From contig CAYWNT010000008.1 of NCBI GenBank assembly GCA_964459725.1, positions 3,694 to 59,559 of the forward strand: 55,866 bases of DNA. Direction: 5' to 3'. Shown one piece after another: positions 37,872 through 47,811 of the stretch. The notes beneath the pieces are model-generated. The model was not told the origin of the DNA. It worked only from the letters and a program-made list of their open reading frames with translations, and ran no database searches. Every line of letters starts with the position of its first letter. The first letter of the stretch is position 1. The position numbers were made by a program, and so were the translations under genes. The stretch comes from an uncultured Gammaproteobacteria bacterium. GTDB lineage: Bacteria > Patescibacteriota > Patescibacteriia > Patescibacteriales > UBA12075.

Positions 37872-37909
37872 AAAAAGCAGAACGGATTTCTATTCGTTCT
37901 GTTTTTTTT
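37872..37909 (+). terminator. Intrinsic terminator after yqeY
   Basis: AAAAAGCAGAACGGA / TTCGTTCTGTTTTTTTT. Confidence 0.8.
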
Positions 37910-37935
37910 GTGTGAAATAAATTATTTTTCCCACC

Positions 37936-37963
37936 TTGACATATTTTAGAAATATGTTATAGT
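37936..37963 (+). promoter_or_regulatory. Sigma70 promoter with no downstream gene
   Basis: TTGACA-16-TATAGT with extended -10 TG. Confidence 0.7.
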
Positions 37964-37968
37964 GCTAG

Positions 37969-38167
37969 TTATTGGACTGAACACATTTTTTTTCAAAATA
38001 AAAAAAGAGGGGGGAAAGAATGGTTTCTGAAGTCTGAAGCGCTGATAACCAAGCAGCGCAAACATAAACAGAGATAAAACTCTCTATTTCGTCTAGTTTA
38101 GGCGGAAACTTGGTTAGGAAAACAAAAAGGCGGTTGAGCCTAGGAATCAACCGCCTTTATTTTTTTT
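37969..38167 (+). ncRNA. Candidate ~200-nt pseudoknotted ncRNA
   Basis: Promoter upstream. Stem 38039-38044/38054-38059 has a loop TAACCAAG complementary to CTTGGTTA (38109-38116), with two hairpins in between. Strong terminator at 38126-38167. Confidence 0.55.
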
Positions 38168-38191
38168 GGATAAAGTGAAATAAAATTTTCT

Positions 38192-38231
38192 CAATGTATA
38201 TACATATGTTTAAACATATGTATATACATTG
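38192..38231. repeat. Perfect 40-bp palindrome, copy 2 of 2
   Basis: CAATGTATATACATATGTTTAAACATATGTATATACATTG. Confidence 0.92.
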
Positions 38232-38321
38232 CTTTTTGATTTATATCTTAGCACTAAAGTATAATACTGGAAGTTCTGCGGGCAGAGCAATTCTTTTTTG
38301 TGTTGGCTTAATGTTGGTAAT

Positions 38322-38350
38322 AAAAAAGCCACGAGAACAAGTCTCGTGGC
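38322..38350 (-). terminator. Intrinsic terminator of the 278-aa gene
   Basis: GCCACGAGA / TCTCGTGGC stem with a minus-strand U tract. Confidence 0.8.
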
Positions 38351-38371
38351 CTAGGTATTGAAAGTGCGTTC

Positions 38372-39208
38372 TTACAAAACACCATCTTTTTTATATAAGT
38401 GACGTAAAAAGAGGGCTTTGCGGTCCTCTGCGCCATTCTTGAAAACTTTGTCTAGATGAACAAAAACTGCATTTATCCAAACACTTGTTTGAATGAAATC
38501 TTTTTCCATTTTTGAGTCAGGTTTTCCAAATACGGTTATTAAGTCTTCATCATATTCGGTGCGATTAGGGATAGTAAAATTTCCCACTGATCTTTTTGCT
38601 TCGTCGTTTATACGCTTTACCTCTTTGTCAAGCACAAATTGATATTTCGCACCACCGATAAGAGCCATGACCCTGTTTTGGAATGTGTGAGCTTTGACTT
38701 CTTCATAACAATACTCTTTATCACTTTGCTTTTCATAAGGATTCTTGATAAAAGTATAAGCGTGATACCCCTCATGAAGAAAAACTATTGCCTTTCCTGT
38801 TGGGTTGTATAGTGAGTCCTTTAGCACAACTGCCTTAATTTTATTAAGAAAATGTGCCGCAGCAGGTGAAGAAAAGATATATCTCCAGTGTTCATTTGCT
38901 TCTTTGTCTTTTTCTAGTAAGGGCATGATTGCCAACCAATCCTCTGATTGTGCTCTCTCTAAAAATTTCATTCCCTTTTCATTGGGTACGGCTAGAATGA
39001 GATTCTTCTCCAAGAATTGAAAAATCTCTATAGCTTCCCTGTCGTTAATTTTTTCCACTACTTGTTTTGTGCTTTTCAGCCACTCTTCTTTAATTCTTCC
39101 TCTTTCCACAGTATCATTTTTGTCTTTATCTGCACAGCCTAGTACGACCATGACAAAAAATAGTGAAATAAAGGAAAAAATAAAACGGACGGAGTTAATT
39201 TTTAACAT
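38372..39208 (-). CDS. Putative lipoprotein with zincin-type HExxH motif
   Basis: GAGGAGG SD; hydrophobic leader ending VLGC; FLHEGYHAY and downstream EEVKA. Confidence 0.65.
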   Translation of the reverse strand: MLKINSVRFIFSFISLFFVMVVLGCADKDKNDTVERGRIKEEWLKSTKQVVEKINDREAIEIFQFLEKNLILAVPNEKGMKFLERAQSEDWLAIMPLLEKDKEANEHWRYIFSSPAAAHFLNKIKAVVLKDSLYNPTGKAIVFLHEGYHAYTFIKNPYEKQSDKEYCYEEVKAHTFQNRVMALIGGAKYQFVLDKEVKRINDEAKRSVGNFTIPNRTEYDEDLITVFGKPDSKMEKDFIQTSVWINAVFVHLDKVFKNGAEDRKALFLRHLYKKDGVL

Positions 39209-39364
39209 ATTTAACCTCCTCTAATTTTTCACGAATCTTTATTAACCAAAATTTGTTTGTGATGTTTGTTCATCCCCCCCCTTTTTTTTTATTCTTATTT
39301 CATATCTGATTAAGATTTAAAGTGCAATATTTTATCCTAAATTACATTAACTTAGTATCAAAAG

Positions 39365-39393
39365 AGCATAGCATAAATGCTATACTTTGTCAA
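39365..39393 (-). promoter_or_regulatory. Sigma70 promoter of the lipoprotein gene with an overlapping palindrome
   Basis: TTGACA-17-TATGCT; ATAGCATTTATGCTAT overlaps the spacer and -10. Confidence 0.6.
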
Positions 39394-39498
39394 TAGCGAT
39401 AATTTTATATCTCATATTTTATTTTTAGAAATAACCTTATTCAACTTAACTTTTGTGGTAAAACTTGGTAGTTTTGCAGACAGACCAACTCATTCATT

Positions 39499-39529
39499 AA
39501 AAAACCACCAGCCTAGAGCTGGTGGTTTT
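39499..39529 (-). terminator. uvrA terminator
   Basis: AAAACCACCAGC / GCTGGTGGTTTT. Confidence 0.85.
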
Positions 39530-39544
39530 AATATTTAATAATTT

Positions 39545-42421
39545 TTATTTTACAACTTTCTTCAAAAATTTACCCGTATGACTGTTTTTCGCTTCTGCCA
39601 CTTGTCTTGGGGTGCCTTGGGCTACGATTTGGCCGCCTTTGTCTCCGCCTTCCGGTCCCATGTCGATGATCCAGTCTACTGATTTTATGACATCCATGTT
39701 GTGTTCGATGATTAGGACGGTGTTTCCTTTGTCGACGAGTTTGTTGAGTACTCCAAGTAGACGCTCTATGTCCTCGAAATGAAGGCCAGTTGTTGGTTCG
39801 TCTAGAATGTATAATGTTTTACCGGTTGATCTTCGAGCAAGTTCGGTTGATAGTTTTACTCTCTGTGCTTCTCCGCCGGATAGGGTGGTGGCTGATTGAC
39901 CCAGCTTGATATATCCCAAGCCTACCTCATTTAGAGTGACTAACTTGGTGTGAATTGCTGGAATATTCTTGAAAAAGGTCGAAGCTTCTTCTACAGTCAT
40001 ATCTAAAACATCTGAAATGTTCTTGCCCTTGTATTCAATATCCAGTGCTTCTTTATTGTATCTTTTACCATGACAAACATCGCACTCTACATAAACATCA
40101 GGCAAAAATTGCATCTCAATCTTGACCATGCCGTCACCAGAACAAGCCTCACATCGTCCACCAACAACGTTGAATGAAAATCGTCCTGCCTTGTATCCCT
40201 TTATTTTAGCTTCTGGAAGGCTGGCAAAGAGCTCTCTAATAGGAGTGAAGGCTCCGGTGTAGGTTGCCGGATTTGATCGTGGAGTTCTCCCAATCGGAGA
40301 CTGATCGATATTAATAACTTTGTTTATGAATTGTAGGCCCTCAATTTTTTTGTGAGCTCCTGGTTCTGTTTTAGCTCTATAAAATTTCTTGTTCAGGGAC
40401 TTAGCCAGAATATCTGTCATGAGTGTGGACTTACCAGATCCTGACACACCGGTGATAGCGATGAATTTTCCTAGCGGGAATTCTACATCGATATTTTTTA
40501 AGTTATGTTCCTCTGCTCCAATAATTTTAATTGCCGCATTGTTTCCTGGGCGGTACTTGGTTGGAGTAGGGATGCTTTTTTGTCCGGATAAGTACTGACC
40601 AGTTGTTGAAGTTTTGGACTTCATTATTTCTTTTGGAGTGCCCTCTGCTATGATTTCCCCTCCGTGCTCACCAGCACCAGGACCAACGTCGATTATCCAA
40701 TCAGCGGTCATCATGGTATCTTCGTCATGCTCTACCACTATGACTGTATTTCCAATATCTTTTAAATTCTTAATAGTTTTTATTAACTTGTGATTGTCTC
40801 TTTGGTGTAGACCAATAGATGGCTCATCCAAGATGTAGAGAACACCAACAAGTCTAGTGCCGATTTGGTTGGCTAGTCTAATTCTTTGCGCTTCGCCACC
40901 AGATAGAGTATTGGCTGCTCTGTCTAAAGTTAAATAATCAAGTCCAACATTCAAGAGAAAGTCTAATCTGGAAATTACTTCTTTTATAATTTGTGTTGAT
41001 ATTTTCCTATCTTTAGCGGAAATATTTTTTGACTTGGCAAAATCAGAAAAGAATTTTTTAGCATCATTAATAGGCTTTTTTGTAACATCCGAAATAGAAT
41101 GATCAAGAACTTTAACACCTAAAATTTCCTTTTTTAATCTCTGACCATCACACTCAGGGCACCTCAAAACTCTCATGTATTGTTCTATTTCTTTTCTTAC
41201 ATAATCTGACTCAGTTTGCTGATATCTCCTTTCCAGGTTAGGAACTACACCTTCAAAGTTAGTAGCTAGCTCTCCTGAAAATCTCTGGCTTTCGTATTCT
41301 ACGTCATAGTTTTTATCTCCGGTTCCATAAAGCAAGATCTCCATTTGCTTGTCTGTGAGATCCTTGATTGCAGTGTTTAGATCAAATCCGTGCTTCTCGG
41401 CAACAGTTCCTAAGATGCGCATCATCCAGGTCTGACTACCGGCAGTATTATGAGACCAGGGTTTTACCCCGCCTTGAGCGATAGTTAGGTTTGGATTCAG
41501 TATTAGTTTGGTATCGATTTCCAGCTTAGTACCAAGACCGGAACATTCAGGACAGGCGCCATGAGGAGAGTTGAATGAAAAGTTACGAGGTTCTAGTTCG
41601 TTGAGGCTAATGTCGCAGGTCGGGCAAGCATAAAGCTCTGAGTAAGTCTTTATTTCATTTTTTTTCTTTAAGTCGAGTATATACACTAGTCCTTCTCCGA
41701 ATTTCAGGGCTTGTTCTATTGATTCTGAAGTTCTGGCTATATCATCTTTATTCTTGGTTACAGTTATTCTATCAATAACAATTTCCATGTTATGTTTCTT
41801 TTTTTTGTCAATTTCCATGTCTTCAATTTCTTCAATCGTATATATACTTCCATCAAATCTAACCCGAGAATAACCAGCTCTTTCGATATTTTCTAAAAGG
41901 TTTTTATGCTCTCCTTTTTTGTCTTTGACAATTGGAGCGAGTATTAGAATTTCTTTATTTAGATAATCTTTTAATATGCGAGTATTTATTTCATCGATTG
42001 AGTATTGTTCGATTTTTTTACCACAAACAGGACAATGCGGTATGCCAATGCGAGCGAAGAGAAGTCTGATGTAGTCATATATCTCAGTTACGGTTCCAAC
42101 GGTTGAGCGTGGATTATGCGGGGCAGTTTTTTGATCTATAGAAATAGCCGGAGATAGTCCTTCGATTGAGTCAATGTCAGGTTTATCCATGAGCCCGATG
42201 AACTGTCTAGCATAAGCTGAGAGAGACTCTACATACCTTCTTTGTCCTTCAGCGTACACCGTATCAAAGGCGAGTGATGATTTTCCTGATCCAGAAAGGC
42301 CAGTTATAACCACAAATTTATCTCTAGGAATATCGATATCTATATTTTTCAAATTGTTAACCTTAGCTCCCTTAATTTGAATTGAATTAGAATCGATAGT
42401 TTTTTTGATCTTTTTTGGCAT
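39545..42421 (-). CDS. uvrA: Excinuclease ABC subunit A
   Basis: Two ABC modules ([24 protein letters not shown] twice) and zinc fingers. Confidence 0.98.
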   Translation of the reverse strand: MPKKIKKTIDSNSIQIKGAKVNNLKNIDIDIPRDKFVVITGLSGSGKSSLAFDTVYAEGQRRYVESLSAYARQFIGLMDKPDIDSIEGLSPAISIDQKTAPHNPRSTVGTVTEIYDYIRLLFARIGIPHCPVCGKKIEQYSIDEINTRILKDYLNKEILILAPIVKDKKGEHKNLLENIERAGYSRVRFDGSIYTIEEIEDMEIDKKKKHNMEIVIDRITVTKNKDDIARTSESIEQALKFGEGLVYILDLKKKNEIKTYSELYACPTCDISLNELEPRNFSFNSPHGACPECSGLGTKLEIDTKLILNPNLTIAQGGVKPWSHNTAGSQTWMMRILGTVAEKHGFDLNTAIKDLTDKQMEILLYGTGDKNYDVEYESQRFSGELATNFEGVVPNLERRYQQTESDYVRKEIEQYMRVLRCPECDGQRLKKEILGVKVLDHSISDVTKKPINDAKKFFSDFAKSKNISAKDRKISTQIIKEVISRLDFLLNVGLDYLTLDRAANTLSGGEAQRIRLANQIGTRLVGVLYILDEPSIGLHQRDNHKLIKTIKNLKDIGNTVIVVEHDEDTMMTADWIIDVGPGAGEHGGEIIAEGTPKEIMKSKTSTTGQYLSGQKSIPTPTKYRPGNNAAIKIIGAEEHNLKNIDVEFPLGKFIAITGVSGSGKSTLMTDILAKSLNKKFYRAKTEPGAHKKIEGLQFINKVINIDQSPIGRTPRSNPATYTGAFTPIRELFASLPEAKIKGYKAGRFSFNVVGGRCEACSGDGMVKIEMQFLPDVYVECDVCHGKRYNKEALDIEYKGKNISDVLDMTVEEASTFFKNIPAIHTKLVTLNEVGLGYIKLGQSATTLSGGEAQRVKLSTELARRSTGKTLYILDEPTTGLHFEDIERLLGVLNKLVDKGNTVLIIEHNMDVIKSVDWIIDMGPEGGDKGGQIVAQGTPRQVAEAKNSHTGKFLKKVVK

Positions 42422-42548
42422 TTTATTATATTGTTAGAGACTGCTTAGACACCCTCTTTATTATTTTAAAACAAAGTTTATTATACATTAATATCTAAAG
42501 TATTGCAAGCCCTTGTCAGAGAGATTCGATATTGGTAAACTGTATAAT

Positions 42549-43655
42549 ATGGAACTTACTAATATTTTGTTAATAATTTTAATATTTTTTATTGGTTTTA
42601 CTATTTATTTAGTCCTCAAAAAAGGAGAAAGAGGGGGAGATGGAGAAAAGATAGCAGCCATGATGGAGCGTCTAGCTCAGCTCGGAGATCAGAACAAGGA
42701 TTTGCGGGAGGTTTTGGATAGTAAGTTAACAGAAACGCACAAGGCAACTCAGGAGCAATACAGAAACACCCAGGACCAAATAGGCAAAACTATCAAGACA
42801 GTTCATGGCATCACTGATCAGTCAGCTAAGCTAATTTCTAATGTAACAGAAAAATTAACTAAATTAGATGAGACCAATAAGCAGGTTGTAAATTTTTCAG
42901 CACAATTACAAAACTTGCAAGATATATTGAAAAATCCAAAACAACGCGGAGTATTGGGGGAGTATTATTTGGAAGAGACATTGAAAAATGTATTGCCACC
43001 AAATTCTTATAAGATGCAGTATTCGTTTAAGGATGGAAATATTGTTGATGCTGTGGTGTTTGTGAAAGAAAAGATAATTCCAATTGATTCGAAGTTTAGT
43101 TTGGAAAATTATGAAAAACTATTAAGCACTAACGACCCGGAGGTGCGAGAAAAACTTGAAAAGCAATTTAAGCAAGATTTGAAATTGAGAATTGATGAGA
43201 CAAGTAAGTATGTGAAACCGGCTGAGAATACCATGGACTTTGCCTTCATGTTTATTCCGTCTGAGGCTATTTATTATGATCTGCTTATTAACAAAGTGGG
43301 ATCAGTCCAAGTCAATACCCGTGATTTAATAGAGTACGCCTTCAAGGATAAACATGTCATAATAGTTTCACCTACTTCTTTCCTGGCTTATCTTCAGACA
43401 GTTTTGCAGGGACTCAGGGCCTTACAAATTGAGGAAAGCGCCAAGACTATAAAAGTGAATGTTGAAAAACTGGGTAGACATATAGCCAGCTATGATGAGT
43501 TTATGAAAAAATTGGGAGTTAGTATGTCTACCACGGTAAACCATTATAATAATGCTTATAAAGAATTTAAAAAAGTAGATAAAGATATAGTGAAAATTAC
43601 CGGAGGGGAGGCAAATATTGAGCCGGAAACTTTAGAAAAACCAAAGTTAGAATAA
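42549..43655 (+). CDS. rmuC: DNA recombination protein RmuC
   Basis: N-terminal TM and coiled coil, K.RG..GE, PIDSKF, DFAFMFIPSE, SPT. Confidence 0.93.
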   Translation: MELTNILLIILIFFIGFTIYLVLKKGERGGDGEKIAAMMERLAQLGDQNKDLREVLDSKLTETHKATQEQYRNTQDQIGKTIKTVHGITDQSAKLISNVTEKLTKLDETNKQVVNFSAQLQNLQDILKNPKQRGVLGEYYLEETLKNVLPPNSYKMQYSFKDGNIVDAVVFVKEKIIPIDSKFSLENYEKLLSTNDPEVREKLEKQFKQDLKLRIDETSKYVKPAENTMDFAFMFIPSEAIYYDLLINKVGSVQVNTRDLIEYAFKDKHVIIVSPTSFLAYLQTVLQGLRALQIEESAKTIKVNVEKLGRHIASYDEFMKKLGVSMSTTVNHYNNAYKEFKKVDKDIVKITGGEANIEPETLEKPKLE

Positions 43656-43666
43656 TTTATTTTATT

Positions 43667-44599
43667 ATGATTGACTCAGAAAAAAAACAAAAAATAATGG
43701 AGGGCATTGTGAAAACAATAGCCTTTTTTGATATGTTTGATTATCCTGTGACTGCTTTTGATGTCTGGAAGTTTTCTAACACTAGGTGCGGGTACGAAGC
43801 TGTGTGTCAGGCGCTGGAGGACCTAATACTTAGAAGAAAGGTGGAGAGCAAAAATGGATTTTATTTTTTACGAGGCAGAAGAAGGATTTGTGACACAAGA
43901 GCGGATAGATACAAAAAAGCAAACAAAAAATACAAACGCGCCTTAATGATAGCTAAGATTTTTAAGTACATCCCCTGGATAAAAATGGTTGCAATGAGTA
44001 ATGTGATGGGTTCAAATAATTTCAAGCAAAAAAGCGATATCGATTTATTTATAGTAACTGAGAAAAAAAGAATTTGGATCACTAGATTCTTCAGCGTGGC
44101 CATAACCAAGATACTCGGGATGAGGCCTAAGATAAATAACGTTACTGACAAGATTTGTTTGAGTTTTTTTGTCAGTGAAGACGCTTTAGCTTTGCGAAGC
44201 TTAATGCTGGATGATTACGATCTTTACTTTTTTTATTGGCTTGCTAGCATCATTCCAATTTATAATAGGGATGAGACGTATGAAAAATTAATAAAAGAAA
44301 ATAAATGGATACATAAAGTATTTCCAAATTGGTGTCTTTATATTCCAGCCTCAGACAAGAGTGTTGGAGTAAATGAGTCCAGAATATATATGGATATTAT
44401 TGATTTGTTTGTGGGCGGACTAGAAAAAAACTTTAAAAAATTAGAATTAAATATATTGCCTACTGTCTTAAAGGATTTGTTGAATAAAGACACAAGAGTA
44501 GTTGCAAACGATGAAGTAATAAAACTGATTCCTAATGATCGTCGAGAATTTTATAGGCAAAAATATGGAGAAAAATTAAATCATGGACAAATTAATTAG
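43667..44599 (+). CDS. CPR-type hypothetical protein with a nucleotidyltransferase-like motif
   Basis: FFDMFDYP N-terminus; SDIDLFIV motif. Confidence 0.7.
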   Translation: MIDSEKKQKIMEGIVKTIAFFDMFDYPVTAFDVWKFSNTRCGYEAVCQALEDLILRRKVESKNGFYFLRGRRRICDTRADRYKKANKKYKRALMIAKIFKYIPWIKMVAMSNVMGSNNFKQKSDIDLFIVTEKKRIWITRFFSVAITKILGMRPKINNVTDKICLSFFVSEDALALRSLMLDDYDLYFFYWLASIIPIYNRDETYEKLIKENKWIHKVFPNWCLYIPASDKSVGVNESRIYMDIIDLFVGGLEKNFKKLELNILPTVLKDLLNKDTRVVANDEVIKLIPNDRREFYRQKYGEKLNHGQIN

Positions 44600-45953
44600 A
44601 AATTTATTATATTTTCTGGCTTTTCTGTTGCCACTTCAAGCCAGGTGGATTTTTCGCCCTGGAGAAATAAGCGGCGGTTATTTGGAATATGTGACCATGA
44701 GTCTATATCTAACCGATATAGTCTTGCTTGCTCTTCTGGCTTTGATTTTTATAAATCTAAGAAAAACAAAAGAACAAATCGAGGTAAGTAGTATCTGGGT
44801 TGTTTTGGCAGGACTAGAGTTGTTTGTTTTTGTTTCTCTGTTAGTAGCACCAGACAAAGGTCTGGCTGTTTTTTATTATCTTAGATTTTTGTTGGGACTT
44901 GGTTTATTCTGGGCGATGACAAAAACAAGTTTCAAAAAGATTAGATTATTTTTTGCATTTCTCTTGGGAGTAGCAGTTCAGGCTATGATCGGGGTATGGC
45001 AGTTTATCAATCAATCTGATTTTGCTAATAAGTATTTGGGTATTGCAAGTCATGACCCTACTTCTCCAGGGACATCGGTGGTTGAAGTTTTGGGCGAGGA
45101 CGGCTTTTGGCAGAGATGGCTTAGGGCTTATGGCGGACTAGATCATCCCAATATGCTTGGTGGCTTACTTGTTGTTGCCATATTGTTTATATTATTATTT
45201 GTTGTCACAGGGAATAAAAAAAATAAAAAGATTGAGAGACAGGATGCTGACACTTCTATTAATATAGATTTGCCATTTTGGGCGATAGCAGGAGTTGCTT
45301 TGTTCTTCATAACCTTATTTTTTACTTTTTCGCGGGCCTCTTGGATTGGATTAATAATTGGTGTTTCAGGAATGCTTGCTCTTTCAGTCATTAAAAAGGA
45401 TTTAACAGCACAATTAAAAATTTTAAAAACGATATTCATTATGGGGATCATAGCCGTTCCGCTCTTGTATTCTTATGGTGATTTGGTGGAAGCAAGGATT
45501 TTGGGTAAGGGCAGAATAGAGGAGAAATCGATAAACGAGAGAGTTTCTCAAAGCGGAGAAGCTATTCAAATCATCCGAGAAAATTTATTTTTAGGAGTTG
45601 GTGTGGGAAATTATACAAAAGCTCTGAGTGAAGTTGTCAAAGACAAGCCGAGCTGGTATTATCAGCCTGTCCATAACACCTTTCTCCTAATATGGGCTGA
45701 GATTGGATTGATTGGATTTTTATTTTTCTTAGGTGTTTTGCAGTTACTCTTTGCAAGATATATTAGGAATTTTCAAAATAATGAAATATATAGATTGCCC
45801 ATACTTATTTCTTTGATATTTTTGCTAATGTTTGACCATTGGTGGTGGAGTCTTCATTTTGGCGTGTTGCTATTTTGGTTTGTGATTGGAGTTTTGTATG
45901 TTTCCAATGATAAGCCCTGGGCTTTTAAGGAAATAAGTGATAAAATTGAATAA
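44583..45953 (+). CDS. O-antigen ligase/oligosaccharyltransferase (Wzy_C) family membrane protein
   Basis: Multi-TM; RAYG...HPN, TFSRASW, GVGVGNY, PVHNTFL...AE.G. Confidence 0.88.
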   Translation: MDKLIRNLLYFLAFLLPLQARWIFRPGEISGGYLEYVTMSLYLTDIVLLALLALIFINLRKTKEQIEVSSIWVVLAGLELFVFVSLLVAPDKGLAVFYYLRFLLGLGLFWAMTKTSFKKIRLFFAFLLGVAVQAMIGVWQFINQSDFANKYLGIASHDPTSPGTSVVEVLGEDGFWQRWLRAYGGLDHPNMLGGLLVVAILFILLFVVTGNKKNKKIERQDADTSINIDLPFWAIAGVALFFITLFFTFSRASWIGLIIGVSGMLALSVIKKDLTAQLKILKTIFIMGIIAVPLLYSYGDLVEARILGKGRIEEKSINERVSQSGEAIQIIRENLFLGVGVGNYTKALSEVVKDKPSWYYQPVHNTFLLIWAEIGLIGFLFFLGVLQLLFARYIRNFQNNEIYRLPILISLIFLLMFDHWWWSLHFGVLLFWFVIGVLYVSNDKPWAFKEISDKIE

Positions 45954-45983
45954 ACAATTTCTAATTATTATTAATCATTTTTT

Positions 45984-46292
45984 ATGAAAAAAGTAATTTA
46001 CGCTCAATTTTTTGTCTTGTTTATTGGTGTAGTATTTTCGTGGACAAATTTTATTAATGAGTTATTCTCTTGGTTGAATAATCAACCTTGTGAAACAGGA
46101 TGTTCTGCTAGTGGAGCATTGGTTAATCCATTCTTGACTCCTTGTTTTTATGGCGCGATATTTTTTACCCTGGCTTTTCTCTTGAGTCTAGTAATGCTCT
46201 TCTTGGGGCGTGATAAAAAGAGTGATGATGTTGAAATGGTGGAAAAGGAAATAAGTGAACCAGTAGAAGAGGAAGAAGAAACAACAGAATAA
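45984..46292 (+). CDS. Small two-TM protein with three periplasmic cysteines (VKOR/DsbB-like fragment)
   Basis: CETGC...TPCFYGAIFF between TM helices. Confidence 0.6.
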   Translation: MKKVIYAQFFVLFIGVVFSWTNFINELFSWLNNQPCETGCSASGALVNPFLTPCFYGAIFFTLAFLLSLVMLFLGRDKKSDDVEMVEKEISEPVEEEEETTE

Positions 46293-46295
46293 AAA

Positions 46296-46331
46296 TGTTA
46301 CGTAGCATGTTACGTAACATGCTACGTAACA
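46296..46331. repeat. Perfect 36-bp palindrome built from three 12-bp units
   Basis: TGTTACGTAGCA TGTTACGTAACA TGCTACGTAACA. Confidence 0.9.
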
Positions 46332-46340
46332 AATAAAAAT

Positions 46341-46856
46341 ATGAAAACTTTTGTATGTAGAATTTGCTCTGAGGTATACATAGGCAAGGACATACCCGGC
46401 AGCTGTCCTTTTTGCGGAGTGTCTAACAAATATTTTCGCCTGGCCCATGTTTGGCAAGACGAAAATGATGTTGATTTAGTAAGTGTTGATAAAAACAATG
46501 TTGAAGCAGCTCTGAAATTGGAGTTGTCTAACTCAGCTTTCTATAAGTGCGTATCAAAAAATGCCGAAGACCTAGAAACCAGATTGGTTTTTAAGGGGCT
46601 TTTCAAGATAGAAAAAGAGCATGCTGAAGTATACACCAAGCTATTAAAAATAGAAATGCCAGAAATTGAAGAAATGGAGTGTGAAATTAGTTCCGAAGAA
46701 GCTTTTAAAGATTCTCTAGAAAGAGAAAAAAGAGCTGTAGACTTCTATGCCAAGGCAGCAGCAGAATCTGTTAACCCTAGAGTCAAAGAAGTTTTTGAGG
46801 CTATTTTGGAAGCAGAAAAAGATCACATAGAGCTCGATGAAGGAAAGCTCGGATAA
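46341..46856 (+). CDS. Rubredoxin-ferritin (reverse rubrerythrin-like) protein
   Basis: N-terminal CRIC...CPFCG; two ExxH diiron motifs (EKEH, EKDH). Confidence 0.88.
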   Translation: MKTFVCRICSEVYIGKDIPGSCPFCGVSNKYFRLAHVWQDENDVDLVSVDKNNVEAALKLELSNSAFYKCVSKNAEDLETRLVFKGLFKIEKEHAEVYTKLLKIEMPEIEEMECEISSEEAFKDSLEREKRAVDFYAKAAAESVNPRVKEVFEAILEAEKDHIELDEGKLG

Positions 46857-46862
46857 TAATAT

Positions 46863-47648
46863 ATGAAAATTACAAGCAAGGACAATAAAACTATAAAACT
46901 TTTTAAAAGTTTACAAAACAAAAAACACAGAGAAAAGGAGTCAATGTTTGTGGTGGAAAATTTAAAAACAATTTATGACGCTTTCGAGAGCGATATTTAT
47001 CCGGAGGAGATATTAATAACTGAAGAGATCCTAAAAAAAGATGGCGAAAAAATTAAAAATCTAACTAATTCAGTAAATATTATTGATTCAAAATTAAATA
47101 AACAAATTTCAAGCTTGGATACAGCTTCAGGCGCTATGGCAGTTTATAAAAAAAAGGAAAAAGAAATTAATAAGAAAGGTCCGATTGTTTATTTGAACAA
47201 TATCAATGACCCAGGCAATCTAGGTACAATTCTGCGTTCGGCTCTGGCTTTTGGTATTAAAAATATAGTTCTTGATGACAAAACAGTAGATCTCTATAAT
47301 CCTAAGGTTATTAACGCGGCCAAGGATTCGATTTTCAAGTTAAATATAAAAACGGGTGAGAGTATAGCGTTTCTTAAGGCGCTTGCCCTGTCGAATGACG
47401 GGGTTAAAGAAAAAACCCCAATCATCTCGACCTCACTTGAGGGAAGGAGCATTAAAGAGGGTAATGTGTTTAGCAAAAATAATTTTTGTTTAGTTCTGGG
47501 AAGCGAGGCCCATGGAGTAGACCAGGAAATCCTGGAAATGTCTGACTACAAAATAAAAATCCCAATCAGCAAAGAAGAGGAGTCATTAAACGTAGGAGTG
47601 GCTGCTGGAATAATATTTTTTTATATAGCATCATCTAAGGCAGTGTAG
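46863..47648 (+). CDS. TrmH/SpoU family RNA methyltransferase
   Basis: DPGNLGTILRSA, LGSEAHGV, ESLNVGVAAGI. Confidence 0.95.
   Translation: MKITSKDNKTIKLFKSLQNKKHREKESMFVVENLKTIYDAFESDIYPEEILITEEILKKDGEKIKNLTNSVNIIDSKLNKQISSLDTASGAMAVYKKKEKEINKKGPIVYLNNINDPGNLGTILRSALAFGIKNIVLDDKTVDLYNPKVINAAKDSIFKLNIKTGESIAFLKALALSNDGVKEKTPIISTSLEGRSIKEGNVFSKNNFCLVLGSEAHGVDQEILEMSDYKIKIPISKEEESLNVGVAAGIIFFYIASSKAV
47382..47402 (-). repeat. 21-nt in-frame element in the TrmH gene
   Basis: Minus strand CCCGTCATTCGACAGGGCAAG; adds LALSNDG, and removal gives FLKAVKEK. Confidence 0.65.
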
Positions 47649-47697
47649 ATATAATACTCAAAAACATACTTTAAAAAATTATAAATTTTAAGATTTT

Positions 47698-47747
47698 AAA
47701 ACTTCATCATCCGAAAATGCGATCGTATTTTCGGATGATGAAGTTTT
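47698..47747. repeat. 50-bp near-perfect palindrome centred on CGATCG (terminator-like)
   Basis: AAAACTTCATCATCCGAAAATGCGA|TCGTATTTTCGGATGATGAAGTTTT, one G.T pair. Confidence 0.88.
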
Positions 47748-47766
47748 TTTATATTTGTGAAAAAAG

Positions 47767-47797
47767 AAAAGCCTCGCAAGTTTTACCTGCGAGGCTT
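47767..47797 (-). terminator. Terminator of the 703-aa gene
   Basis: AAGCCTCGCA / TGCGAGGCTT. Confidence 0.8.
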
Positions 47798-47811
47798 GTT
47801 AAATTTAATGT

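Noticed and set aside
38040-38110. Hammerhead ribozyme (CTGATAA...GAAAC) or tmRNA tag (GCAAAC...)
   Set aside because: The core is not CUGANGA with a stem II closing before GAAA. There is no tRNA-like domain and the peptide does not end in an ALAA-like tag.
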